IMG/VR virus record: IMGVR_UViG_3300044739_000018 | Span: 32,001 to 96,000 of that record | DNA: 64,000 bases | From: a virus | Strand: one strand, 5' to 3' | Part shown: positions 51,153 through 60,756 of the stretch, one piece after another | How positions within the stretch are numbered: the first letter of the stretch is position 1 | Layout of the letters: each line of letters starts with the position of its first letter | Program-made: the position numbers and the translations under genes | The notes under the pieces: generated by a model | What the model was told of the DNA's origin: nothing | The model's input: only the letters and a program-made list of their open reading frames with translations | Database searches by the model: none

Positions 51153-51370
51153 TAGAAGCGCACCTTGATGCGCTCGACCTCGACCTTGGCGGCGAGGGGC
51201 CGCTTGTTCGGGGGGAACAGGGCGACGGCCTTGGTGTAGGCGTGGCCCTTGCTGGTCGCGAAGACCCGGATGGGCCGCTTGGCGTCCTCGTGGCCCACGA
51301 GGGTGACGAGGAACCAGTTGGCCTTCGCCACGACTCGCATGGGCCGGGCGTTGGGCTTGTTCTTGCGCAC
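51152..51370 (-). CDS. Small basic protein
   Basis: GGAGG RBS; strongly G/C-ending codons. Confidence 0.6.
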   Translation of the reverse strand: MRKNKPNARPMRVVAKANWFLVTLVGHEDAKRPIRVFATSKGHAYTKAVALFPPNKRPLAAKVEVERIKVRF

Positions 51371-53413
51371 GATGCGCCTCCTTGTCTCAGGAAGGTGACC
51401 GGATGCCACCTAAACCCGCTCAACGTGTGTTGAGAAGGTCTAGGAGCGGTCCCAACGCCCACGTGCCTGCGAACAGACACGGCAGCGTGCAGAGGTTGTC
51501 GGGACCTGCCTCCGCTCTTGTCGGGGTGCGAAACTTGCCTGCTGTCGCAATTGGACGCAGCGCCATGGCGCACCCTCACACGCTCCACTAGAAGCGTTTA
51601 ATCCCGCTCGAAGCGGGCACCAGGATGGTTGACCCGTTACCGGGCTAATTCGATAGTCGCATTAAGACCTCCCTCGTTCACAGGAACCACCAAACGTGTT
51701 GGGGATTCTTGTGAACGTGCCCCTCGCGGGGCACGGTCAGGTCAGTCGTGGACCACTGGCATGTCGCCAATCCACGTGACCATGTGGGCGTCGAAAAGGA
51801 GGCCGAAGTCGGCCACTTCCTCGACAGGCACCACAGGGAGCGGCTTGGCATTGACGACAGCGGCCTCGTGTTCAGCGAGGCGGGCGTCGATGCGCTCCAA
51901 AAGCTCCTTCGTGGTCATCGGGTGTCTCCCCTTTCGTTGTTGAGCTTGCGGGTGCGTGCGCCCAGTTGCCCAGGCGTCAGGAAGGGCTGGCTGCAAGGGC
52001 CAAACATGCAACGGTTCGGCACCTTGGGTGCCCACGGCTGGACCTCGTGGTCGTGGCCGTTGGGGCAGGAGAAAAAGCGGACGGTATCGCTCATGCGGGC
52101 ACCTCGATGAACTGGATGGTCCCGAAAACCACTCGGGCTGGACGTGCGTTGAAGAACGCTGCCAAACGCACCACGTTGGCGAGCGTGGGTCCGGCAAAAA
52201 CGATCTTGCCGTTGGCGTTGACGAGGACGAACATCAGTTGTCCGCCACGTCGTAACCGGCGCAAGAAGGGCAGTTCCCGCATGCGGGATTGCCCGTGCCG
52301 ATGACGCCCTGGCGCAGCACGATCTCGCGGTCCTCGACGATCTCGTCGAAAAGGTCGTGACCACGCCACGACTCCACGTCCTCACGCACGATGGCAGCGA
52401 TGGCTACCAAAAGGTCCAGCATGTTGTCCTCCCTGTCTCGGGGATATGCACGTTCACAAAAACCTCCGCGATCATCCCGGATCAGGCGCACAGCTTGTCG
52501 CCCTTGGGGCCAACCTCGTCAGGAAGGCTTGCGCCGGTACGCGGAGGTTTTTGTGAAAGTGGGAGCTAAGACCTTCACGCCAAAAGCGTGGTTTGGACGG
52601 TGCTCCACGTCCCCGCGGCTAGCGACTGGGATCGCTGCCCAAACTCCCGTTATCACGCAGCCGGATTAGGGCTGGCCCAAAGACTTGTGGCTGGTACGGG
52701 TGGAACCTCCCGCTACCCACTTACGGCCTGCCTACCATCGTCGCTCGGGTCTCCAGCCAAAAGGCTGTCCGTGCCCGACAGGCACCACTCAAAACTCAGT
52801 CCTGGTGTTGCGAGCTGGGTGCCCGCATCAAGGACTCGAACTCGCGAAACTCACGCTCACGAGCGGTCAAACCTCTCCGAACTTGGAGCGGCTTGCGGTT
52901 GGGCCGCCGTTTGCCTTTCGGCGGCTTCATGCGCGGCGTCTTGTCGGTCGGGGCGAAAAGCATCTCAACCCCGCAACGTTCGTTTCGCGTCCTCGGGTGT
53001 GGGTCGGCGGCTGGCAGAAGGTGCCTGACCAACTCGCTTGCCGGGGCGTGAGGACAAAGTCCCCGACTGGACCATCTGCGGCTTGGGACCACCCTCGTCG
53101 TGAAAACCGACGATTGAGGCCCAACCTGTGGGCTTGACGCTCTGGCGTGCGACCAAACGCACGTCCACAACGGTGATCCACGACTGGCTGCGCAGCATGT
53201 TCGGGCTGTGCGGCCTGTCGTCAGGCTGGTGGGACTTGATCGACACGATTGTCGGCTCATCACCCAAAAGGGCCTTGCGCCGAGAGCGTGCCTCTCGTTG
53301 TGCCCGCGCCTGCCTACGACGCTCGGTCTTTGTCAAAAGCACCTGCCTTTCATGGTCGGTTGGGGAGCGCACCTAAAAGCCGCCGCTTCTAGGTGCTGCC
53401 CCAACCGACCGTG

Positions 53414-53779
53414 CTAGGCGGCCTGCTTCTCGGCGGCCTTGACGAAAACCGCCTTGTAGGCGGCCCGTCCGGCCTTGTTCTTCTGGCCCGGCTCGGCCTT
53501 GGCGTGGGCGCGCTTGAAAGCGGCCTGGGCCTTGACCTTGAGGAGCGCGTCCTCACGGCTGGAGCCGGTGGTGATGCGGGCGACCGTCTTGCCCTTGACG
53601 ATGACCTCGACGCCAGCGGCGGCACGAAGGTCGTCGCCGGAAGCGTTGAGGGCCAGGGTGCGCTGGACTGCGGAGATCCTGACGAAAAGCTTGTGCCCCT
53701 TGCGTGCGGGGCGCGGCTTCGCCAAGTTCCGGTAGCCCAGCTCGGCCACGGCCGCGGCCTTGCTGATCTTGGTTGCCAT
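53414..53779 (-). CDS. Very basic Lys/Ala-rich protein (possible nucleic-acid binding)
   Basis: AAGGAG RBS; strongly biased codons. Confidence 0.65.
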   Translation of the reverse strand: MATKISKAAAVAELGYRNLAKPRPARKGHKLFVRISAVQRTLALNASGDDLRAAAGVEVIVKGKTVARITTGSSREDALLKVKAQAAFKRAHAKAEPGQKNKAGRAAYKAVFVKAAEKQAA

Positions 53780-53832
53780 GACGGTAAAACTCCTTGCTGT
53801 CTCGCTACTGCGCGTCCTGTCTTGGAAGCGCA

Positions 53833-53902
53833 TGGTGGCTGCACGGGAATCGAACCCGTCACCCTTGAAAGAGCCGCATGGGCGGTGGCACCGAGCACAG
53901 CC
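53833..53902 (-). ncRNA. tRNA-like element with non-canonical arms
   Basis: Perfect T-arm ACGGG-TTCGATT-CCCGT, acceptor-like GGCTGT/GCAGCC followed by ACCA; no canonical D or anticodon arm. Confidence 0.55.
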
Positions 53903-54606
53903 GGTAAAAAGTCCGTGTATATAGATGGGGGGCAGTAATACTCCCGCGTTGGGAGAGGTAATCCCGGGCATGTTTCGCCCTACGCCTCTCGGGAGCGTTT
54001 CCCGGCATCATGCTTCCCGCCTAGCGCAACCCAAGCGGGCCATGACATAGCCCATCCGTTCAACGGATGTTCCGGATGACTCAAACCATGGACCTATCCC
54101 GGCTAAAAGCTGCCAAACGGTCCACGGACCACACTTCGTGCCCCGTACCTCGGGCTAGAAGCAGTCCATATGGGATCACACGAACCCGGCCGTACTGCTC
54201 ATGGCGCAGCACCATCGGAGAGCCTTGGTGGCGTGCCCGATCCCGCATTGCGGCAGGAAAGGTGCTACCCGAGATCCGGTTTCCCGGCCATAGGCCAACC
54301 CGGAAAAAGGGCACCAAGGATCGCGATGGATCTATGCGTGGACACGCTTGTCCAGCACAGGTTCGCGAACGTGGAGGGTGATTCAATCTGTAGGCGTCTG
54401 TACCCGCCCTCATTGTGCCGTGTACCGTCAGCACCCGAGGATGCGTCAAGCCACTGGTGGAGCGCCCCCCAACGAAGGGCACCCCTACGCACGAGGTGAG
54501 CAGCACGCTCACCCTCCTGTTATGTCCAGGGGCGATCCTGGGCCAAAAGCGCCCGAACCCCTAGTCGTCATGCATGCACCCCAGTCGCTACCCTGTGTGC
54601 ATGCGG

Positions 54607-54842
54607 GCGTCCTATCCCGGCCGTAGGCCAACGGACGTACCCGTGCATGAGCGTGGATGGTTGTCTGTCCATCCCCCAGCGTGCCCTGTGAGGCATGCTG
54701 GGGCATGTACCCAACCGTGCTAGGTGGTGGCATGTGCCATCCAGGGGGCAGGAGTCGAACCATGCCCGACCGTGCCAGTGCAGTGCTCACCCATGGTGTG
54801 GCCTGCTGGCGCGTCCTATCCCGGCTCTAGGCCAACGGACGT
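54607..54842. repeat. 32-bp direct repeat pair (54607-54638, 54811-54842)
   Basis: gcgtcctatcccggc(cg/tc)taggccaacggacgt, two mismatches. Confidence 0.85.
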
Positions 54843-55953
54843 TGTGCGGTCCCACCCTTCTTCATGCAGCATCCCGAGCTGTACTCGGGGTAGGTGCAAG
54901 GGGACGCTACCGATCCCTGAAGGGCACGTGGCACCACCTAGCGGGGACCTATGTACGGGCGCGCCGAAGCCGGGCGCTAGGCCCGGTTCCGGACGGCCGC
55001 CTACTCTCCTTCGGCGCGACTCCACATGGAGCCGTTGTACGTGCGCACCTGTCCACCCCAGACGCGTCCCCACCGCTCGCGCGGCCCGAGTGACGTGCTC
55101 TTTCGGGTAGCCATGAAGTCGAGGTCGGCCTTCGTGCTCAGCCGCGTTGCTGCCTTGGACTCACCGGCGAACGAGTTGCGTGGCGCGAACCGCAATGCCA
55201 GGGGCTGAGCGTTCACGCGTGCCTTCATGGCGCTAACCATGATGCGCACGTAGAACGAGCAGGCTGGATCAGGGCATACGCCACCCGTCCCGTGCCGGTG
55301 CGGCGCAAGGCCGCGCGGAATGAGAGCGAGGGACATAAGATCCTCCTCTTGTTTGGCCGCGTTGAACTAAGGGGACCATCCCCGACCACGGAGCGCGGTC
55401 GTTCAAAGCAGCGGCGGTTGTCTCTCCGCCTCCCGGCGTCGCAGCCGGGCACAGCCCTAGCTTAACCCAGGGCATACGGTAGTGCCAAGGATTCCCAGAT
55501 TTCGCATAAGTGCAGGTCAGAGGCCCGGGGGGGGTCCGGTATGGGCGGAATGTCCGGTTTGAATTGCTTCGCCTGGTATCCCCGTACGCAGCGAAGAAAG
55601 TCAAAAGTCTAGAGTTGACTCTAGGGTTGGCGAGTCTGAGGTCTCGTGAACGGACGTTTTGAGATCTGTTGCCAAGCACCGCAACAGGGCTGACCTGCCC
55701 GGACGCGTTCCGACAGACGCGGCTGAACAGATTTCACAAGCTCACAATCGCCAACGGACGTTCTGTGGAAATCGAACGAGAAATCAGCTAATGGCGATTT
55801 GACAGCCGCGAAGGCGCAGGTCAGGGGTTGTCAAGACCAACAAACTAGTTGGATTTGTCGTTCGATCCTATGCCAACGGACGTTGAAATGGTTTTGTCCA
55901 CTTCTCCTGGAGGAATGCTGGCGTCAGGGAGACCCGGGCTGTATTCTGCTGGG

Positions 55954-56529
55954 ATGTTCGAACGGTTCACTGACAAGGCGCGAAGGATCCTCGTTGTATC
56001 CCAGGAGGAGGCTCGCGAACTCGACCACAACTTCCTCGGAACCGAGCACATCATGTTGGCGATGCTGCACGAGGAAGACACCATCCCTCATGACGTGCTG
56101 GTCACCATGGGTGCCGACTACGAGCAGGCACAGAAGCTCGTCCGAGCAGCCGTGCCCGCGACAGGCGCGAGCGGCCAGGCTCCGTTCACGCCTCGGGCCA
56201 AGAAGGTCTTGGAACTCTCGCTGCGGGAAGCCCTCCAGCTTGGGCATAACTGGATTGGTCCCGAGCACATGATTCTCGCCTTGGTTCGTGAGGGTGACGG
56301 CATCGGTGTTGCCGTGCTGGAGCAGATGGGTCTCGACTGGGGAGTCATTCGCCAGGGCGTGATCGAGGAAGTGGGCAAGAAGCTCCCTCGTATGCCCGCA
56401 GCAAGGACTGTTACGCTGCCCCACGATGAGGCCAAGGAGCTGCGTGAATGGATTCTGCGGTTCGGCGGCTTGGTAAACCCGCTTCCCCATGCTCTGGACG
56501 CTGTATTGCGGCGCCTCAACAACCTTTAA
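55954..56529 (+). CDS. Stand-alone Clp N-terminal repeat-domain protein (ClpC N-domain-like)
   Basis: MFERFTDKARR...LGTEH and PFTPRAKKVLELSLREALQLGHNWIGPEH; no AAA domain. Confidence 0.9.
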   Translation: MFERFTDKARRILVVSQEEARELDHNFLGTEHIMLAMLHEEDTIPHDVLVTMGADYEQAQKLVRAAVPATGASGQAPFTPRAKKVLELSLREALQLGHNWIGPEHMILALVREGDGIGVAVLEQMGLDWGVIRQGVIEEVGKKLPRMPAARTVTLPHDEAKELREWILRFGGLVNPLPHALDAVLRRLNNL

Positions 56530-56631
56530 GTCAACGCAACTGGGTGTTAAGTCAACGCATCTAGCTGATACCCGGAGCATTGACTACTGTTTCACCTTAA
56601 GTCAATCCATGCCTAAAGTAGAGTCAATGCA
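56526..56631. repeat. Cluster of AGTCAA(C/T)(G/C)CA repeats
   Basis: Copies at about 56526, 56547, 56597, 56622 plus one inverted at about 56577. Confidence 0.7.
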
Positions 56632-57137
56632 TGCCTGAGTAGGCGCATTGGTATGAGTTCAGACGCTGGCATGACGTAGGCACCTTTGAAGGTGCCCTCT
56701 GTTGAGATGTGCTTGATGTCGAAGCCGTATGCCCACCCCACGAACACCACTTTGATGGGTGGAGTCAATGTCTCGACCAATGCCAGGATGTAGATGCTCT
56801 CATCATGCCGTTCTCGGGGCCGAACGGCGAGGCGATACAACTCGTGCGGCTTGCTCCTGCGCATCAACGATGTCTTCACGTCGATGCAGCCGAAGTCCGA
56901 CCCGCCATCACCGACCAACGGGTTCTTGTCGATCTCGGCGCGCCGTTGGAAGTACATCTCCTCGGCTCCCATGTACCGATGCAGTGCAAGTTCCCCGAGC
57001 TGCCCAACGAGCTGATCTTCGATCAACGAGGATTGACGGTCGTCTCCTCGGACCCAGCTCACTCCGCCAATGCAAGCGTTCTCAACGTGCGTTTGAATCC
57101 GGTCGAGCGTCTGCTTGTTGATCAGCGTGTGTATCAC
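56613..57137 (-). CDS. Putative PD-(D/E)XK nuclease-fold protein
   Basis: GQLGE helix, DGGSD...IDVKT, VGW. Confidence 0.6.
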   Translation of the reverse strand: MIHTLINKQTLDRIQTHVENACIGGVSWVRGDDRQSSLIEDQLVGQLGELALHRYMGAEEMYFQRRAEIDKNPLVGDGGSDFGCIDVKTSLMRRSKPHELYRLAVRPRERHDESIYILALVETLTPPIKVVFVGWAYGFDIKHISTEGTFKGAYVMPASELIPMRLLRHALTLL

Positions 57138-57543
57138 GGCGGATCCTCTCGATCTCTAGCTGCACGGCGAGGTCGTCAAGTTTCTCGTTGGTCTTGCGCA
57201 GCTCGATCAAGATGTTCGCGAGCAACTGCGCCGTTCCGTGGTCAGAAGTTCCCTTCGACGTGATCTCGTGGACGGCGCAGTAGTAGGAGCCGGGCGCACT
57301 GTTCGGCTCGCGGCAGAGCTTCTCCTGGCATTCGGTCGGCGGCTGCGGCACCGGGGCTGGCAGGCTCGACCGGAGCGTGTGGATCTTCGTCAGGATTTCC
57401 GGACGGGCCAGCGTCATCTTCTCGTGGGCGTACACGATGTCGAGTTCGTCGTCGTATAGCTCGGGGAGCAAGGGCAGGATCTCCGACACCCGCATGTCGT
57501 CGTAGTCCTCGATCACTATGTCCATCTTCAGTTCATCAGTCAT
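57082..57543 (-). CDS. Hypothetical protein
   Basis: IEDYDDMRVSEILPLL...E...R..IL motif; GAGG RBS abuts the array. Confidence 0.6.
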   Translation of the reverse strand: MTDELKMDIVIEDYDDMRVSEILPLLPELYDDELDIVYAHEKMTLARPEILTKIHTLRSSLPAPVPQPPTECQEKLCREPNSAPGSYYCAVHEITSKGTSDHGTAQLLANILIELRKTNEKLDDLAVQLEIERIRRDTHADQQADARPDSNAR

Positions 57544-57549
57544 CGTGCC

Positions 57550-59590
57550 TCGGATAGTCGGCGTGGGCCGGAGAGTTCCGGGTGGACCAGTCGGATGGGA
57601 GGGGTCGAGGCTAGTTGGGTCGGGGTGGGACGGGAAGTCGGTTGGCTCGGTGTGGGGCGAACTGGTTCGTCGGGCGGGGTGGGGCGGGGATGACCAGGCA
57701 TGTCAGGTGGTCCGACGCGGGGAGAAGGGGGCAGGCTGGGTTAGTCGGTAGGGCTGCTGTGGGACGGGGCGGGTAGTCGGCTGGGGACGGGTTGACTGGC
57801 ATAGGCTCGGGAAGTCGGGCAGGCCCGGGTCGGGATGGCGAGGGACGCGACGGGCTGGGGAGCGATGGGTAGGCGGGGGCAGTCGGGATGGGAGCGGGGG
57901 GACGACTCGGCTTGTCGGACAGGTGCGGAAGGGTGCGGTCTGTCGAAGCGAGTGGGGTGCGGGTCGGTGCGACAAGGTTCGTCGTAAGGGGTCGGGCCGC
58001 GCGGGGTCGGGCGGGGAGGGTTGGGTAGTCGGAGCGGGACGAGAGGGTTGGGGGCGCACCGGGGAGGGGCGGGCAGGAACGTCAGTTGGGGCGTGTTGAT
58101 GTGGCTGGGCTTGGATGGTCGGCTTGGATCGAGACGGACGGGGCGGGCAGGGGTCGGCGGGGGTAGTCGTTTGATCAGGGTCGGGTTGCGCTGGGCCGGG
58201 TAGTCGGCTTGGGTCGGGAAGGGTCGGGCGATCTTGGGTCGGCTTGTCACGTGGGAAGCGAAGGCAAGGGGTGGGTAGTCGGAATGGGATGGACAGGACT
58301 GGCCGGAATAAGGTTAGTCACTTGGACAGAGTTGTCCTGGCGAGGGGAGACAAGTCGTATGGGTTGAGACGGCTTGGGATGCAGTCGGCCAGGGACGGGT
58401 CGTCATTCGGGCAGGGGGGATTTGGCATGGCTCGGGCAGTCATGCGTCTTGGGGCGGGTGGCTTCGGGGTGGCATGTCAGATGGGGCGAAAAGGGAGGGA
58501 CGGGTGAGGTCCGGATAGTCGCGCTGGGGCGTGCGGGCACGGGACGGCATGAGTAGTCGCGTAGGTGTGAGACGGGTGGGATAGGCATGGCGTGTCATGC
58601 GGGATGGGTGGACCCGGATGGACGGGGGAGGGGGCGGGTGGGGTTGTCGTAAGGGTCGGCTCGGGAAGGCTTGCCGGGTGATCGGGCGGGCTTGGCTCGG
58701 GAAGTCGTTAGGGCCGGGAGGAGTCGGGGTGGCGAGGGTAGTCGGCCAGGATTGGTCGAGGCCGTGCCGGTATGGACCGGATAGTCGCTCGGGGCGAGAC
58801 GGAGAGCGCCGGGGTGGCATGGGTTGTCGGGGTGGGACGGCTCGGGCGGGGCAGGGTGGGGCCGGATCGGGGGGAGCCGGGCGGTGACGACTCGGGCCGG
58901 GACGGGACGTCGATGCGTGCAGGGACGCGATGGAACGGGGAGGGTAGTCAGGAGGGGATGCGAAGGGTCGGGTTGGGTAGTCGCCAGGGAGGGGGCGTCG
59001 GGGGCAGGGTCGGACGGGGTTGGGTGGTCGAGCAGGGATGCGTTGGATCGGGGAGACCTGGGAAGTCGACCGGACAGGGGCGGGCCGAGGCGCGAAGGGC
59101 TGGGGTCGGGTAGTCGAGAGGGCGGTGACGAGGTGGCTAGGGCGGGATAGTCGCGTGGCGTGGGCCGAGGCGGTACGGGTGGACCCGGGTAGTCAGACGA
59201 CTTGGGGCGGGTGGGACCGGTAAGTCGAAAGAATAGGTCTGACTAGGGAGGGGTAGTCGGATTGATTAGGAGGGCCGCGGCTGGGGGTGGTAAGGGAAGT
59301 CGGTGAGCGCGGGGTTGGGTCGACCAGGGAAGTCAGATGGTAGGGCCAGGGAAGCCGTGACTCGGGACGGGTAGTCGTGCGGGGTGGGTTGAGCTGAGGA
59401 GGCGGGGGTGGGATTGGTTGGTCAGATGGGGCAGGGGATGAAGCGCCGATGGGCTGGGCTGGGCAGGGAAGTCAGATGGGGCGGGTTGGGATGTTGAGAC
59501 GAGACGGGGGCAGGCGGGGGATGTCGGCGGGGGCAGGAGCGGGACGGCGTGGGCAGCGTTGCGACGGATTGGGGAGGGACGGGTAGTCGT
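57550..59590 (-). repeat. Non-coding pentamer-periodic array (about 48 units), candidate guide-RNA array
   Basis: G-G-S-N-N pentamers on + punctuated by about 49 GTC delimiters (mostly GGGTAGTCG/GGGAAGTCG); spacings almost all 5n+2 or 5n+3; strong G skew; no credible ORF. Confidence 0.9.
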
Positions 59591-59593
59591 GTA

Positions 59594-59669
59594 CCGGGAG
59601 TAACCCGGGTCCAAGTTGCCAAGTTCGTTGTTGCAGAACGAACGAGACCGGCTACCCCGAAGGGTAGCC
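59594..59669 (-). promoter_or_regulatory. Array leader hairpins
   Basis: GGCTACCC-TTCG-GGGTAGCC (59650-59669) and CCGGG-TTACT-CCCGG (59594-59608). Confidence 0.6.
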
Positions 59670-59705
59670 CGTCACGTTCAGCCTTTCAAGAGCAAGTTCT
59701 TTTCC

Positions 59706-59912
59706 TCAACGTTTGTTGAGAAGGCGGTGCAAGGCCCGAATGCTCTCAGGCCACTCGTCGTTGGGGAACACGTCGGACAGCGGCTCGCATGACAGCACAC
59801 GGAAGCACGCCTTCTGGCAGCGGTGATGGCACCAGCCGTCGTCCGGGCAGTGCCAGATGGTGTGCATGTCGTCGGTCGGGTCCCGGCCTACCTGCGGCGC
59901 TTCCGTTGCCAT
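59706..59912 (-). CDS. Small Cys/His-rich protein
   Basis: CPDDGWCHHRC...CFRV..CEPLS; overlaps upstream ORF. Confidence 0.55.
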   Translation of the reverse strand: MATEAPQVGRDPTDDMHTIWHCPDDGWCHHRCQKACFRVLSCEPLSDVFPNDEWPESIRALHRLLNKR

Positions 59913-60100
59913 TCTTCCCTTGCCTTCTCCAGCGTCTGGCCCTCCGACTTGCTGCCGAACCTGCGGGCAGGGTCATCGGGATCGGGGAAGACCCCGCAAC
60001 GACCACACCGCCCGGACCCATGGAATCGCACGATGGGCCAGACGGTGCAGTCGCACGCGATGAAGTCGATCCCGAAATCATCGAGCGGGTACTCGGCCAT
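59888..60100 (-). CDS. Small Cys-rich protein
   Basis: TAATG coupling to the Cas7-like stop; CDC...CGRC. Confidence 0.55.
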   Translation of the reverse strand: MAEYPLDDFGIDFIACDCTVWPIVRFHGSGRCGRCGVFPDPDDPARRFGSKSEGQTLEKAREEWQRKRRR

Positions 60101-60756
60101 TACAGCTTGGCCCACTCCACGACGGCGTACCGTCCGTAGCTCTGGCTGCGGGTGGCACCAATGCCCTGCTGCTCGCCGGTGGTCCAGAGATCGGCCCACT
60201 CGTCGTCGGAGAAGTCGAAGTCGCTTCGCACCGAGAACGGCACCTTCGCGTCCTCGACGTACTCCTCGTACTGAATGCCCGTTCCACGGAAGGTGGAGAC
60301 GAACCGCTGCTGGATGCCGGACGGCTCGGTGACGCCCAGGTGCAGGCGATCCTCGATGACGAAGATGTGCTCCGCCACGAATGCCTTCGTGCCCTTGCGG
60401 GTGGGACCCCAGCGGCGGTCAGGCCAGCGGATCGAAGCCGCCTCCTTCAACGCCGCCTTGAGCTGACGGCCCTCGATGTAGAGGCCCTCGTCGTCTCTTT
60501 TGAACCCATTGAGCTTGGTGGTCTTGACGACCTCGTCGATGGCGTCGTCCTTGACCACGCCGCGCTCCAGCATGGTCTTGGTGACCAGCTCAGAGATCAG
60601 CGCCTGGTTGTCGGCACCGAGGGTCTTCTTGATCCAGCCCTCGGCCACCTTGGGGTCGGACGGGATGCCGCCGACCAGGTGATCGACCTGGAGCACGCCG
60701 CCGAAGCGGTTCTTGTAGAGGGCGTCGCGATGCTTCTCGAACACACTGTTTGCCAT
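60100..60756 (-). CDS. Stand-alone Cas7/RAMP-superfamily protein
   Basis: GLYIEGRQLKAALKEAA aligns with the RAMP IPGxxLKGxLR motif; C-terminal Gly-rich loop GIGATRSQSYGRYAV; AAGGAG RBS. Confidence 0.82.
   Translation of the reverse strand: MANSVFEKHRDALYKNRFGGVLQVDHLVGGIPSDPKVAEGWIKKTLGADNQALISELVTKTMLERGVVKDDAIDEVVKTTKLNGFKRDDEGLYIEGRQLKAALKEAASIRWPDRRWGPTRKGTKAFVAEHIFVIEDRLHLGVTEPSGIQQRFVSTFRGTGIQYEEYVEDAKVPFSVRSDFDFSDDEWADLWTTGEQQGIGATRSQSYGRYAVVEWAKL

Noticed and set aside
52815-52850. Possible tRNA 3' end (GTTCGAGTCC...CACCCA on minus)
   Set aside because: The T-stem does not pair, and the sequence lies within a plausible small ORF (about 52796-52962).
53833-53902. Functional tRNA-Sec/opal suppressor or tmRNA
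   Set aside because: TTCA sits in a 4-nt loop, not a 7-nt anticodon loop. There is no G3:U70 alanine identity pair and no tag region.
57550-59590. Pro/Arg- or Gly-rich ORFs in the G-rich array
   Set aside because: They are short, occur in several frames, lack RBSs and are low-complexity. The periodicity is 5 nt, not 3.
57550-59590. Canonical CRISPR array
   Set aside because: There is no identical 25-40 bp repeat. The conserved delimiter is only about 8 nt and the intervening sequence is itself periodic.
57550-59590. Simple G-quadruplex tract or VNTR as the sole explanation
   Set aside because: G4 formation is possible, but it does not explain the quantised unit lengths, GTC delimiters, unique unit sequences or the adjacent Cas7-like gene.
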